A stretch of 64,000 nucleotides of DNA from an uncultured Gammaproteobacteria bacterium (GTDB lineage Bacteria > Patescibacteriota > Microgenomatia > PFEM01 > JAPLYW01): assembly GCA_965230945.1 (NCBI GenBank), contig OZ246397.1, positions 374,284 to 438,283 on the forward strand, given 5' to 3'. Numbering within the stretch: the first letter of the stretch is position 1; each line of letters begins with the position of its first letter. Below are positions 55,514 to 64,000 of this stretch, one piece after another. Both the position numbers and the translations under genes were made by a program. A model generated the notes under the pieces. The model saw nothing but the letters and a program-made list of their open reading frames with translations. It searched no databases and was not told the origin of the DNA.

Positions 55514-55930
55514 ATGATAAAAGAAAGTAAAACCTTTATAAATTTAGGTATTATTTTTGACGAAAAAGGAAATGTTTTGCTTATTAGAAGGAAGCGTCTT
55601 GAGAAAAGCAGAAAGGGGGCTGTGCTTAAATGGGCTTTTCCTGGTGGAAAACAAAGATATGATGAGTCAAGGAAAGAATGTGTTGAACGAGAAGTATTAG
55701 ATGAAACAGGATTTAAAACAGAGCAGATTAAAGAGATATCTTTAAGAGTTCACCCTGAATTTCCGGTAACAGTTGTTTATCATCTCTGTAAAGTGATTAG
55801 ACCAAGAAAGTTTGCCGAGACAAAAGAGCCTTGGGAGATTGAAGAAATTCGTTGGGTTAAACCGAAAGAAATCAGAAAATTAATCACTTCTGACTTAGAT
55901 GAAAAGGTTGCTTTGGAGCTTAAAATTTAA
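55514..55930 (+). CDS. NUDIX hydrolase
   Basis: Nudix box GGKQRYDESRKECVEREVLDETGF. Confidence 0.75.
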   Translation: MIKESKTFINLGIIFDEKGNVLLIRRKRLEKSRKGAVLKWAFPGGKQRYDESRKECVEREVLDETGFKTEQIKEISLRVHPEFPVTVVYHLCKVIRPRKFAETKEPWEIEEIRWVKPKEIRKLITSDLDEKVALELKI

Positions 55931-56008
55931 GTTGTTTTGCGTAATTTTTTTACTCTGAAATTTTTTATTTTTTAGTTGATAGATTATAATATTGTAAAAT
56001 GATTTAAT

Positions 56009-57001
56009 ATGAATTTTAAAATTGAACAAAAAAAAATTCCTGGAACAGAAGAATTAACAGATCAAGAAAAGCCAAAAAGGAGAAGAAAGAAACGAGCAGT
56101 TCCTAAAGGCGGACGCTGGACAGTAGCAGTTGGCTTTCTTTTTACCCTACTAGTTATTGCTGGTTTCTATCTTCAGGCAGAATTGCCAATCTTTTGGCAA
56201 AAGATAACCTCTCCTTTGGTAATTAGCAATCTTTCTAAAGAGGAAAGATTTGATCCTAGTTTAGTTTTGTCAGAGATTGAAAATTTAACTAAAGATCTTC
56301 GCGGCAGCTATGGAGTCTATGTTTTTCGTTTAACTGATAAAAAAGATTATGGTTTTAATGAAGATAAAGTCTTTCCTGCCGCCTCTTTAATGAAACTGCC
56401 GGTGATGTTGGCTTTATATCAAGAAGCTGAAAAAGGCAAGATTGATTTAGAAACAAAATATACTTTAATGGAGAAAGATAAAAGAAGAGGAGCAGGTATT
56501 TTACAGAATAAAGAGGCTGCTTCTTCCTATACTTATAGAGAATTAGCTAAACTCATGGGGCAGTATTCCGATAACACGGCTTTTGCCATCATAAGAGGAG
56601 TTTTGAGTGATGAAGAGATTGAAAAAATGATAGCTGATTTGGGAATGAAAAATACCTCTTTGAAGGATTTTGAAACAACACCTGAAGATATAGGGATCTT
56701 TTTCCAAAGACTCTATCAGGGGAATATTTTAAAAGATAGAAATCGTGATGAGATTTTATCTTTTTTGACAGAGACGGCTTTTGAAAATTGGATTCCTCAA
56801 GGAGTCCCGGATGAGATTAAGGTTTCTCATAAAATAGGTCAAGAGTTAGGAACCTTTTCTGATGCCGGTATCATTTTTACCTCGCGCCCTTTTATTTTGG
56901 TAATAATGTCTAAAAACGCTAGACAAAAAGAAGCCGATGAGGTTTTGGTGGAGATTACAAAGAAGGTGTGGGCGTTTGAGACGGAAAAAGGATCTCTTTG
57001 A
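56009..57001 (+). CDS. Class A beta-lactamase-like serine hydrolase / low-MW PBP-like protein
   Basis: SxxK (ASLMK), SDN (YSDNTA) and an N-terminal TM anchor. Confidence 0.65.
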   Translation: MNFKIEQKKIPGTEELTDQEKPKRRRKKRAVPKGGRWTVAVGFLFTLLVIAGFYLQAELPIFWQKITSPLVISNLSKEERFDPSLVLSEIENLTKDLRGSYGVYVFRLTDKKDYGFNEDKVFPAASLMKLPVMLALYQEAEKGKIDLETKYTLMEKDKRRGAGILQNKEAASSYTYRELAKLMGQYSDNTAFAIIRGVLSDEEIEKMIADLGMKNTSLKDFETTPEDIGIFFQRLYQGNILKDRNRDEILSFLTETAFENWIPQGVPDEIKVSHKIGQELGTFSDAGIIFTSRPFILVIMSKNARQKEADEVLVEITKKVWAFETEKGSL

Positions 57002-59261
57002 TTTTTTCCGGCTGACAGTGAATTTTAGGTTCTGTGCCGGGTAAAAACCATTCCCATTTAGTAGGACAACCTTCACAGGGGAGAGTGTTGGTTAAAGAAC
57101 AAATTCCAACTCTTTTTAAATCTTCAGGCTGAGTAAATTCTTTATCAGGAATCTCTTGCAAAAGGAAGCTCATGATTTTGTTCCAAATGGGGGTAGCACC
57201 GGTTACTCCCGAGGCGACATAACTCATGGGGCTGTTGTCATTATTGCCTACCCAACTGGCTACTAAAAAATCGGGGGTATAACCAATCGTCCAGTTGTCA
57301 CGAAGATTTTGGGTAGTGCCGGTTTTAACGGCGACATGAGGATGGTTAGAAATATTTAGAAGGGAACGAAGGCCGAAGGCTGGAGTTCGAGCTCGGTTGT
57401 CAGAGAGAATATCAGTTAGAATGTAAGCTACATTAGTTGGCAAAACTTTTTTGGGCTTTAAATTTTGCTTTTGGGTTTCAATGATTTCTCCTTTGTAGTT
57501 TTTTATTTCTAAGATGGGGCTAAGGTTTACCCTGTAACCTAAATTAGCTAAGGTGCCATAAGCGACTGCCAAGTCAATCATTCTGATTTCGCCACCACCC
57601 AAGGTTAAAGATAGACCGAAACGACTTTTATCATCCCAGGTGGTGATGCCCATCTTTTGCCCCATCTCGATCATGCGCTCAACTCCTAAGGCAGAAAGAA
57701 CTTTTACGGCAGGGACATTATAAGAAGAAGCCAAAGCAGTGCGGAGGCTAATATTGCCATGGAAGCGGTTATCGTAATTTTTAGGACTATAAGGAGGCTG
57801 TCCGGGAAGGAGATAGGTAATGGGGGTATCAGGAATGATAGTCGCTGGAGTAAAACCATGTTGTAAAGCGACAGCATAGTTAACCGGTTTAATGGCTGAA
57901 CCTGGTTGTCTTAAACTTAAGGTAACATTAACATTACCATCATTTTTTAGATCAAAATAATCTTTAGAACCGACCATGGCTAAAATTTCACCGCTTTTAG
58001 GATTGGTAACCAAGATGGCTCCGTTGCCGATTCTTAAATTTCTTAATTTGCTGATTTCTTGGCTTACAATTTTTTCAGTCTTTTGTTGAATTTCTAAATC
58101 TAGGCTGGTAATCACCTCTAGACCTCCTTCTTCTACCATTCTTTGGCCATATTTCTGGGTTAAGAATTCTTTAACGTACATGACAAAGTGGGGAGCTTTG
58201 ATATTGGTTTTTTGAGGGGCAAATTTAACTTCTTCTTTGGCTGTTTTTTCTTCTTGTTGAGGAGTAATAAAGCCTTCTTGACGCATGCGTCTTAAAACCA
58301 ATTCTTGTCTTCCTTTAGCTAACTTAGGAAAGGCTCCAAAGGGGGAATAGGTGGTTGGGGCTACAGGTAGACCAGCTAAAAGGGCTGCTTCAGCCAAGGT
58401 TAAATCCTTAGTGCTTTTATTAAAGTAGGTTTGGGAAGCTTCTTCTATACCATAAGTAGCACCGCCATAGCCAACTTCATTAAAATACATTTGTAGAATC
58501 TCGTCTTTGGAAAATTTAATTTCTACCATAACAGCCAAAATAATTTCCTTAATTTTTCTTCTTAAAGTTCTTTCAGGGGTAAGCAGGGCATTCTTAACTA
58601 GCTGTTGGGTGATGGTTGAACCTCCATATAATTTATCGCCTTTTAAGTTTCTTAAAAAAGCCCGGAAAATATCTTTAGGGGAAAAGCCATGATGTTTATA
58701 AAACTTAGCATCTTCAACGGCAATAGTAGCCTGGATTAAATGAAGGGGGATATCGTTGAGATTAATGAGGGTACGATTTTGATTACGATAGATTTTGTAA
58801 AGGAGATGACCTTCGCGATCATAGATTTTAGTGGAAACGATTTGTTCTCTGGTGATGAGTTTGTTGGGGTTAGGTAAATCCTTAAGGATAAAAAAATAAG
58901 CTAAGAAAGTAAAAGTTATGAAGAAAAGGCTAATCATTAAAATGATAAGTTTCTTTTTAGAAGGCTTAAAAGGAAGAGTAAGTTTTAAAAGAAATTGCTT
59001 AGTCCTGACTGGCCAGCGGGGAAAAATAACAATCCCTTTTTTGGCCTTTTTAATTCGCTTTTTAAACTTAAACTTAGGCAGTTTAATTAAAGGTTTTTTT
59101 ATCTTTTTTAAAAAACGGGGAATGATTTTAAGGAGATTTAAAAAATAAACAAAAGAAATTATTAAAGCGAAAGATAGCCAATAGAGAGGCTTGCCGATTT
59201 TTTCCAGAACAAAAAGCGGATATTTAAGAAGCCTAACGGTTCCTGTCCCTTTAACCGCCAT
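56955..59261 (-). CDS. Class A penicillin-binding protein (PBP1A-type; glycosyltransferase + transpeptidase)
   Basis: GT51 motifs (IAVEDAKFYKHHGF; GGSTITQQLVKN) and a transpeptidase region. Its 3' end overlaps the convergent gene at 56009-57001 by 47 nt. Confidence 0.88.
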   Translation of the reverse strand: MAVKGTGTVRLLKYPLFVLEKIGKPLYWLSFALIISFVYFLNLLKIIPRFLKKIKKPLIKLPKFKFKKRIKKAKKGIVIFPRWPVRTKQFLLKLTLPFKPSKKKLIILMISLFFITFTFLAYFFILKDLPNPNKLITREQIVSTKIYDREGHLLYKIYRNQNRTLINLNDIPLHLIQATIAVEDAKFYKHHGFSPKDIFRAFLRNLKGDKLYGGSTITQQLVKNALLTPERTLRRKIKEIILAVMVEIKFSKDEILQMYFNEVGYGGATYGIEEASQTYFNKSTKDLTLAEAALLAGLPVAPTTYSPFGAFPKLAKGRQELVLRRMRQEGFITPQQEEKTAKEEVKFAPQKTNIKAPHFVMYVKEFLTQKYGQRMVEEGGLEVITSLDLEIQQKTEKIVSQEISKLRNLRIGNGAILVTNPKSGEILAMVGSKDYFDLKNDGNVNVTLSLRQPGSAIKPVNYAVALQHGFTPATIIPDTPITYLLPGQPPYSPKNYDNRFHGNISLRTALASSYNVPAVKVLSALGVERMIEMGQKMGITTWDDKSRFGLSLTLGGGEIRMIDLAVAYGTLANLGYRVNLSPILEIKNYKGEIIETQKQNLKPKKVLPTNVAYILTDILSDNRARTPAFGLRSLLNISNHPHVAVKTGTTQNLRDNWTIGYTPDFLVASWVGNNDNSPMSYVASGVTGATPIWNKIMSFLLQEIPDKEFTQPEDLKRVGICSLTNTLPCEGCPTKWEWFLPGTEPKIHCQPEKIKEILFPSQTPTPSL

Positions 59262-59278
59262 AGACCTTATTATAGTCT

Positions 59279-61516
59279 TTATTGAGCCTGATTTGAAGAA
59301 GTAATTGATTCGATTTGTGGTAAGCTGTTGATTCTGATGGTCATATGTTCACTAGGGAAGGTGCAATCCAGGCAAAAAGGGGTTTGGAGCGGATCATAGA
59401 GGACCTGATGTTCTTGCATTTCTTTGTTTTCTGGCGGCGTTTTATCAGTAGCTAACTGCCCGGTGCTTTTATCTATTTCTATGGAGGTTTTAAGATTTTC
59501 TGTGTCTGAAGAGGCGGTTCCTTTAATAAAGTATTCAAATCTGGTTTCGCAAGGATTTTCGGCATTAGGCATTTTTCCTGATAAATTACAGACGGAAATG
59601 CCAATAATTCCTTCAGGTTTAAGTGGCCAAGTTTCTTGCTGATCTTTTAAAGCATAAGTCATGATTTTGTTCCAAATAGGGGAAGCGCCGGTTAATCCCG
59701 AGGCGACATAACTCATAGGGCTGTTGTCATTATTACCTACCCAGACAACTGCTAAGCGGTCAGCATTATAGCCAATGGTCCAATTATCCCGACGATCGTT
59801 GGTAGTTCCTGTTTTAACAGAAACTTCAGAGTGGTTTTTAACATTAAGATAAGAAGAAGAACCAAAGGCAGCTGATCTGGCGTTGTTGTCTAAAAGGATA
59901 TGGGAGATAAGATAAGCTGTTTCCATAGATAGAACTCGAGGTCCTTCGCTTTCTTTTTTTTCATAAATAACCTTACTTTTAGAATCCTTGACTTCTTTAA
60001 TGGCCCAAATATCTTGGCGGATACCTAGATTGGCAAAAGCAGAGAAAGCAGTGGCCATATCGATTATTTTCACCTCACCGCCGCCTAAGGTTAAGGATAA
60101 ACCGTACTTTTGCGGATCTTTAAAGGTCGTAATCCCCATTTCTTGAGCTTTTTGGATAAAATTTTCAACGGTGTTTAAGGTCAAAACTTTAACGGCTGGG
60201 ATATTATAGGAATTGCCTAAAGCAAAGCGTACTTGAGTTGGTCCATGGAAACTGCCATCATAGTTAACGGGACAGTAAAGCTTTTGCCCGGGGACGGAAA
60301 AACAAGTAGGAACATCATTAATCGGGGTCGCCAAGGTAATAATTTTCTTTTCTAGAGCCAAGGCGTAATTAAGAGGTTTAATGGAGGATCCGGGTTGACG
60401 GGACATTAAAGTTACATTGACGTTACCGTCAATTTCCTCATCAAAATAATCTTTAGAACCGACCATGGCCAAAATTTCACCGCTTTTGGGGTTGGTAACC
60501 AAGGCTGCTCCGTTGCTGATTTTAAGCCTTTTTACTTTGGCTACCTCTGAGGCAATTATTTCTTGGGCAGAATCTTGCAGATCCAAGTCTAGGGTGGTTG
60601 TTACTCTTAGGCCTCCTTCTTCGACCAATCGCTCTCCATATTTATTAACTAAAAGTTCTTTAATGTATAAAACAAAGTGGGGAGCTTTAATGCCAACGGT
60701 AGCTTTGGCGAATTTAAGTTCTTCCTCTTGTCTTTTTTGGGCTTCATCTTCATCGATATAGCCATTTTCAACCATTCGTTTTAAGACCCGTTCTTGTCTT
60801 TCTTTAGCTAACTCTGGATGAGCTCCAAAGGGAGAAAAACGGGTTGGGGAGGCAGGTAAACCGGCTAATAGAGCTGCTTCAGCTAAACTTAGTTCTTTGG
60901 TAGTTTTATCAAAGTAGGTTTGCGAAGCGGTTTCAATTCCCCAGGCAGTGCCTCCGTAAGGAATTTGATTAAGGTACATTTCTAAGATGCGGTCTTTAGA
61001 ATAAATAATCTCCACGAAATAGGTCAAGACGAACTCCCTAATTTTTCTTCTAAGAGTCCTTTCAGGAGTAAGTAAGGCATTTTTAACCAGTTGTTGGGTG
61101 ATGGTTGAACCTCCTTGAAGAGTTTGGCGGAAGATGATGTTGTAAGAGGCTCTCATAATGCCTCCGAAATCAAAGCCATGATGCTGATAGAAATTCCTGT
61201 CTTCCGAGGCGATGGTAGCCCATTTGACGTAGTCAGGAACATTCTCAAGTTTGACAGGCGTTCGGTTTTTTTCAGCGTAAACTTCATAAAGAAGATGACC
61301 ATTCCTATCATAAATTAAGGTTGAGGCGGGGAAGGGGAAAGACCCTAATTTAGTGGGAGAAGGGAGATCTTTAAAAATATAAATAAATAAAAAAAGACCT
61401 AATAAAAACAGGCTAACGAGGATTTTGTGTTTTTTTAAAAAGCTTAAAGCTTTAGCCTTTTTATCTTTCGATTTATTTTTTATTTTTCTTTTCATTCTCT
61501 TGATTACAAGTTGCAA
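59279..61516 (-). CDS. Class A penicillin-binding protein (second PBP1A-type paralog)
   Basis: IASEDRNFYQHHGFDFGGIMRA and QGGSTITQQLVKN. Its architecture parallels the downstream paralog. Confidence 0.88.
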   Translation of the reverse strand: MQLVIKRMKRKIKNKSKDKKAKALSFLKKHKILVSLFLLGLFLFIYIFKDLPSPTKLGSFPFPASTLIYDRNGHLLYEVYAEKNRTPVKLENVPDYVKWATIASEDRNFYQHHGFDFGGIMRASYNIIFRQTLQGGSTITQQLVKNALLTPERTLRRKIREFVLTYFVEIIYSKDRILEMYLNQIPYGGTAWGIETASQTYFDKTTKELSLAEAALLAGLPASPTRFSPFGAHPELAKERQERVLKRMVENGYIDEDEAQKRQEEELKFAKATVGIKAPHFVLYIKELLVNKYGERLVEEGGLRVTTTLDLDLQDSAQEIIASEVAKVKRLKISNGAALVTNPKSGEILAMVGSKDYFDEEIDGNVNVTLMSRQPGSSIKPLNYALALEKKIITLATPINDVPTCFSVPGQKLYCPVNYDGSFHGPTQVRFALGNSYNIPAVKVLTLNTVENFIQKAQEMGITTFKDPQKYGLSLTLGGGEVKIIDMATAFSAFANLGIRQDIWAIKEVKDSKSKVIYEKKESEGPRVLSMETAYLISHILLDNNARSAAFGSSSYLNVKNHSEVSVKTGTTNDRRDNWTIGYNADRLAVVWVGNNDNSPMSYVASGLTGASPIWNKIMTYALKDQQETWPLKPEGIIGISVCNLSGKMPNAENPCETRFEYFIKGTASSDTENLKTSIEIDKSTGQLATDKTPPENKEMQEHQVLYDPLQTPFCLDCTFPSEHMTIRINSLPQIESITSSNQAQ

Positions 61517-61547
61517 TTATAACATGATTAATTTATTATACTAATAA

Positions 61548-62225
61548 ATGGAGCTTTTTGGTAAGATTTTCCATAAGCAGAAGCTTTCTTTAAAACATAT
61601 CTTCGCTCTTTTCTCTTTTATTTTTATTCTTTGGTCTTTCTATCGTTATTTACCCCAGGTTTTACCTTTATGGGCAGAAGAATTAATCTTGAAGCCAGTT
61701 ATTTGGTTATTGCCTACTTTTTGGCTGCTTAAAAAAGTTGAAAAGGGAGGATTTAGTTCTTTGGGTTTTAATAAGCAAAATCTTTTTCCTTCTATCTATT
61801 GGGGAGTAGGCTTGGGTTTGGTTTTTGCTTTTGAAGGATTGATAACTAATATTTTTAAGTATAAAGGTCTTCATTTAGTGGCCTTAGATTATTCGCCTTG
61901 GTTTTTTGTAGGTTTGTTGTCTTTATCTTTGGTAACTGCCTTTTCTGAGGAGTTAGTTTTTCGCGGTTACATTTTTAATCGTCTTTGGCAGGTTTGGGAT
62001 AAAGAATGGTTGGCCAATATAGTTTCTTCACTTTTATTTGTTGGTATTCATTTGCCCATTGGTGTTTTTGTTCTCGGTTATACGCCTATGGTCATGGTGG
62101 CTTATTTGTTTTTTGTTTTTATCTTTGGTTTTGGTTCTGCCTTTGTCTTTGCCAGAACTCGTAATCTTATTTCCAGTATTTTGTTGCATATTTTTTGGGC
62201 CTGGCCTATTATTTTGTTTAGATAA
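61548..62225 (+). CDS. CPBP-family intramembrane metalloprotease (CAAX protease-like)
   Basis: EELVFRGY motif and a FxxxH motif (FVGIHLPIG). Confidence 0.78.
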   Translation: MELFGKIFHKQKLSLKHIFALFSFIFILWSFYRYLPQVLPLWAEELILKPVIWLLPTFWLLKKVEKGGFSSLGFNKQNLFPSIYWGVGLGLVFAFEGLITNIFKYKGLHLVALDYSPWFFVGLLSLSLVTAFSEELVFRGYIFNRLWQVWDKEWLANIVSSLLFVGIHLPIGVFVLGYTPMVMVAYLFFVFIFGFGSAFVFARTRNLISSILLHIFWAWPIILFR

Positions 62226-62227
62226 TT

Positions 62228-62431
62228 ATGGAGTTAACTAAAAATTTAGATTGTCCCTGTTCTTATCCTGGCTGTTCTAGAAAAACTAATTGTGCTGCCT
62301 GTTTAAAATATCATCTTGACCAAAAGGAATTACCAGCTTGCTGTTTTCCGCCTGAGGTAGAAAAAACTTATGACCGTAGTTTTACTAATTTCATAAAGTG
62401 TTATACTAAAGATGGAGGAGGTGAGAAGTAA
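62228..62431 (+). CDS. Small Cys-rich protein (67 aa)
   Basis: CPCSYPGCSRKTNCAACLKYH...ACC contains eight Cys residues. Confidence 0.4.
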   Translation: MELTKNLDCPCSYPGCSRKTNCAACLKYHLDQKELPACCFPPEVEKTYDRSFTNFIKCYTKDGGGEK

Positions 62432-62434
62432 AAT

Positions 62435-63058
62435 ATGTATTGTCAATGTAAGCTGGGAAATGTTTTTACTATTTTTTTGGCTTTAATTTTTGCCTTGGGA
62501 ATTTTGGTTACTTCAGTTGTTAAAACTTCGGCTCAAAGCAGTAGCCAAAATTATCAGATTGCGCCGGTAATAGAAGAGGAGCAAACCGTTGATGAGGATA
62601 AACTGGCTGTTGAAAAGAAAGAAGTTGACTATTTTTTAGCTTATCCAGGTATTTTACCAGATCATTTCCTTTATCCAGTTAAGATGATTCGTGATCGCAT
62701 TTGGCTTTGGTTAACGACAGATTCTTTAAAGAAAGCTGAGAAGTTGCTTCTTTTTGCTGATAAAAGATTAGGAGCAGGTAAGGCTTTGATTGAAGGCAAT
62801 AAAGTTGATTTGGGGATAACCACTTTAACTAAAGGGGAAAAGTATTTACAGCGAGCCATTAATCAAGAGAGAGTGGCTAAAGATAAAGGTAGGGATACAA
62901 AAGACTTTTTAGAAAAAGTACATCAGGCATCATTAAAGCATGAAGAAGTCTTGCTTGAGCTTCAGCAAAAGGTTATTAGTGAATCAAGACCAACTTTTGA
63001 TGAGACTTTAAAGACTAACATCCAAGCTCAAGAACAATTACAACCGCTTTTAGAGTAA
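62435..63058 (+). CDS. Hypothetical secreted/membrane-anchored protein (207 aa)
   Basis: N-terminal signal-like helix followed by a charged helical domain. Confidence 0.45.
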   Translation: MYCQCKLGNVFTIFLALIFALGILVTSVVKTSAQSSSQNYQIAPVIEEEQTVDEDKLAVEKKEVDYFLAYPGILPDHFLYPVKMIRDRIWLWLTTDSLKKAEKLLLFADKRLGAGKALIEGNKVDLGITTLTKGEKYLQRAINQERVAKDKGRDTKDFLEKVHQASLKHEEVLLELQQKVISESRPTFDETLKTNIQAQEQLQPLLE

Positions 63059-63187
63059 GCCTGCCCTTTTTCTGATATCTTTTGATGTCTTTATTACTAG
63101 TTGACAGCCTCAACTGAGGAATTGTTAAATAGTGATTGCTTCTTGAGCAAATCTCCGCCGGGGCAGGCGAAGATCATTATTAAAATT

Positions 63188-64000
63188 ATGGCTATTTTTA
63201 TGGCTAAAAAGGACAAACCAAAAAATTATCCAAAATTCGATTGGAGTGAGCAAGCTTTAGTAGTTTTGAAAGAAAGGTATTTGTCTAAGGATTCTCAAGG
63301 GAGGGTTATTGAAACTCCAGAAGGAATGTGCTTTCGAGTAGCCAAAAGGATTGCTTCCGCTGAAAAGTATTTTAAAACCCCTGGAAAAGAAATAAATCAA
63401 CTCACCAAAGCTTTTTACGAATTGATGGGCAACAAGTGGTTTTTGCCAAATTCACCTACTTTGATGAATGCTGGACGTGATGACAATTTGCAGTATTCAG
63501 CCTGTTTTGTTTTGCCAATTCCTGATTCGATTACCGGTATTTTCGAGGCGATTAAAAGAGCAGCTTTAATTCATAAATCAGGAGGGGGAACAGGTTTTGA
63601 TTTTTCTGACTTGCGGCCTAAAGGCAGTATCGTTCGCTCTACTAAAGGGGTGGCTTCAGGTCCAATTTCTTTTATGCGTATTTTTGATGCCTCTACGTCT
63701 GAGATTAAACAAGGAGGAATGAGACGGGGAGCTAATATGGGAATTTTACGTGTTGATCATCCAGACATTTTAGACTTTATCGAATGTAAGGCTAAAGGAG
63801 GAATTACTAATTTTAATATTTCTGCTTCTGTTACCAATAAGTTCTTAAGAGCAGTTTTAAGAAAAGGGTCTTATTGGCTTTATGATCCAGTCACTGGCAA
63901 GAAAGTTAAGAAATTAAAGGCTAAGGGAATTTTTGACAAAATTATTCAAATGGCTTGGCAGACAGGTGATCCGGGTTTAGTTTTTTTAGATACCGTTAAT
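63188..64000 (+). CDS. Ribonucleotide reductase catalytic subunit, N-terminal part (likely class II/B12-dependent; continues past window end)
   Basis: ORF not in the track because it runs off the window. ATG at 63188; motifs LPNSPTLMNAGR and SACFVLPIPDS...SGGGTGFDFSDLRPKGS. Confidence 0.8.
   Translation, partial: MAIFMAKKDKPKNYPKFDWSEQALVVLKERYLSKDSQGRVIETPEGMCFRVAKRIASAEKYFKTPGKEINQLTKAFYELMGNKWFLPNSPTLMNAGRDDNLQYSACFVLPIPDSITGIFEAIKRAALIHKSGGGTGFDFSDLRPKGSIVRSTKGVASGPISFMRIFDASTSEIKQGGMRRGANMGILRVDHPDILDFIECKAKGGITNFNISASVTNKFLRAVLRKGSYWLYDPVTGKKVKKLKAKGIFDKIIQMAWQTGDPGLVFLDTVN

Noticed and set aside
1-64000. Alternative genetic code (UGA read as Gly or Trp, as in some CPR lineages)
   Set aside because: Many genes end with TGA in typical ATGA stop/start overlaps (for example 20682 and 54541). 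Well-conserved proteins such as dnaN, rpoD and gap translate full length without internal TGA. Standard code 11 fits.
1-64000. rRNA genes or prophage structural modules
   Set aside because: No rRNA-like conserved stretches were seen. No capsid, terminase, portal or integrase-like proteins were recognised among the ORFs.

Overview
This is a low-GC (~35-38%) bacterial chromosome segment with tightly packed, often overlapping genes read with the standard code. TGA acts as a stop: the ATGA stop/start overlaps at 20682 and 54541 show this. The gene content (T4SS-like pilus genes, a group I intron in a tRNA, an archaeal-type TIM, many NUDIX and small membrane proteins) suggests a small-genome CPR/Patescibacteria-like organism; this is inference only. 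The window runs in this order.
(1) The 3' end of dnaA, an oriC-like spacer with two identical DnaA boxes, and dnaN.
(2) A minus-strand type-IV-secretion-like pilus locus: a PrgI/VirB3-like protein, a VirB4 ATPase, a large membrane M23 peptidase, a VirB6/TrbL-like protein, a Cys-rich secreted protein and eight tandem VirB2/TrbC-like pilin paralogs. uppS sits on the opposite strand inside the pilin array. No relaxase or VirD4 is present in the window.
(3) A SpoIID-domain protein, a PH-domain membrane protein, smpB followed directly by tmRNA (ssrA), comFC, seven tRNAs (four Ser isoacceptors, two Arg), dnaG and rpoD.
(4) A tRNA-Asn(GUU) whose anticodon loop is split by a ~190-nt group I intron.
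(5) Directly downstream of that tRNA, a ~12.5 kb accessory island (about 29.8-42.3 kb) of small single-gene cassettes. At least 10 same-orientation copies of a ~32-nt repeat punctuate it. The repeat resembles the 3' end and flank of the tRNA-Asn gene (att-like), and some copies carry a terminator hairpin module. The island also holds a second 50-nt direct-repeat pair and a two-component system.
(6) Housekeeping genes: histidine phosphatase, HAD hydrolase, GT2, Rrf2 regulator-cysteine desulfurase-IscU, archaeal-type TIM-pgk-gap-deoC-fba-PfkB kinase, NUDIX, a beta-lactamase-like protein, two tandem PBP1A genes, a CPBP protease and a partial ribonucleotide reductase.
The most novel candidate is the repeat-delimited, integron-like cassette array anchored at the intron-containing tRNA-Asn. 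The second is the origin-proximal T4SS-like pilus system with its expanded pilin paralog array.
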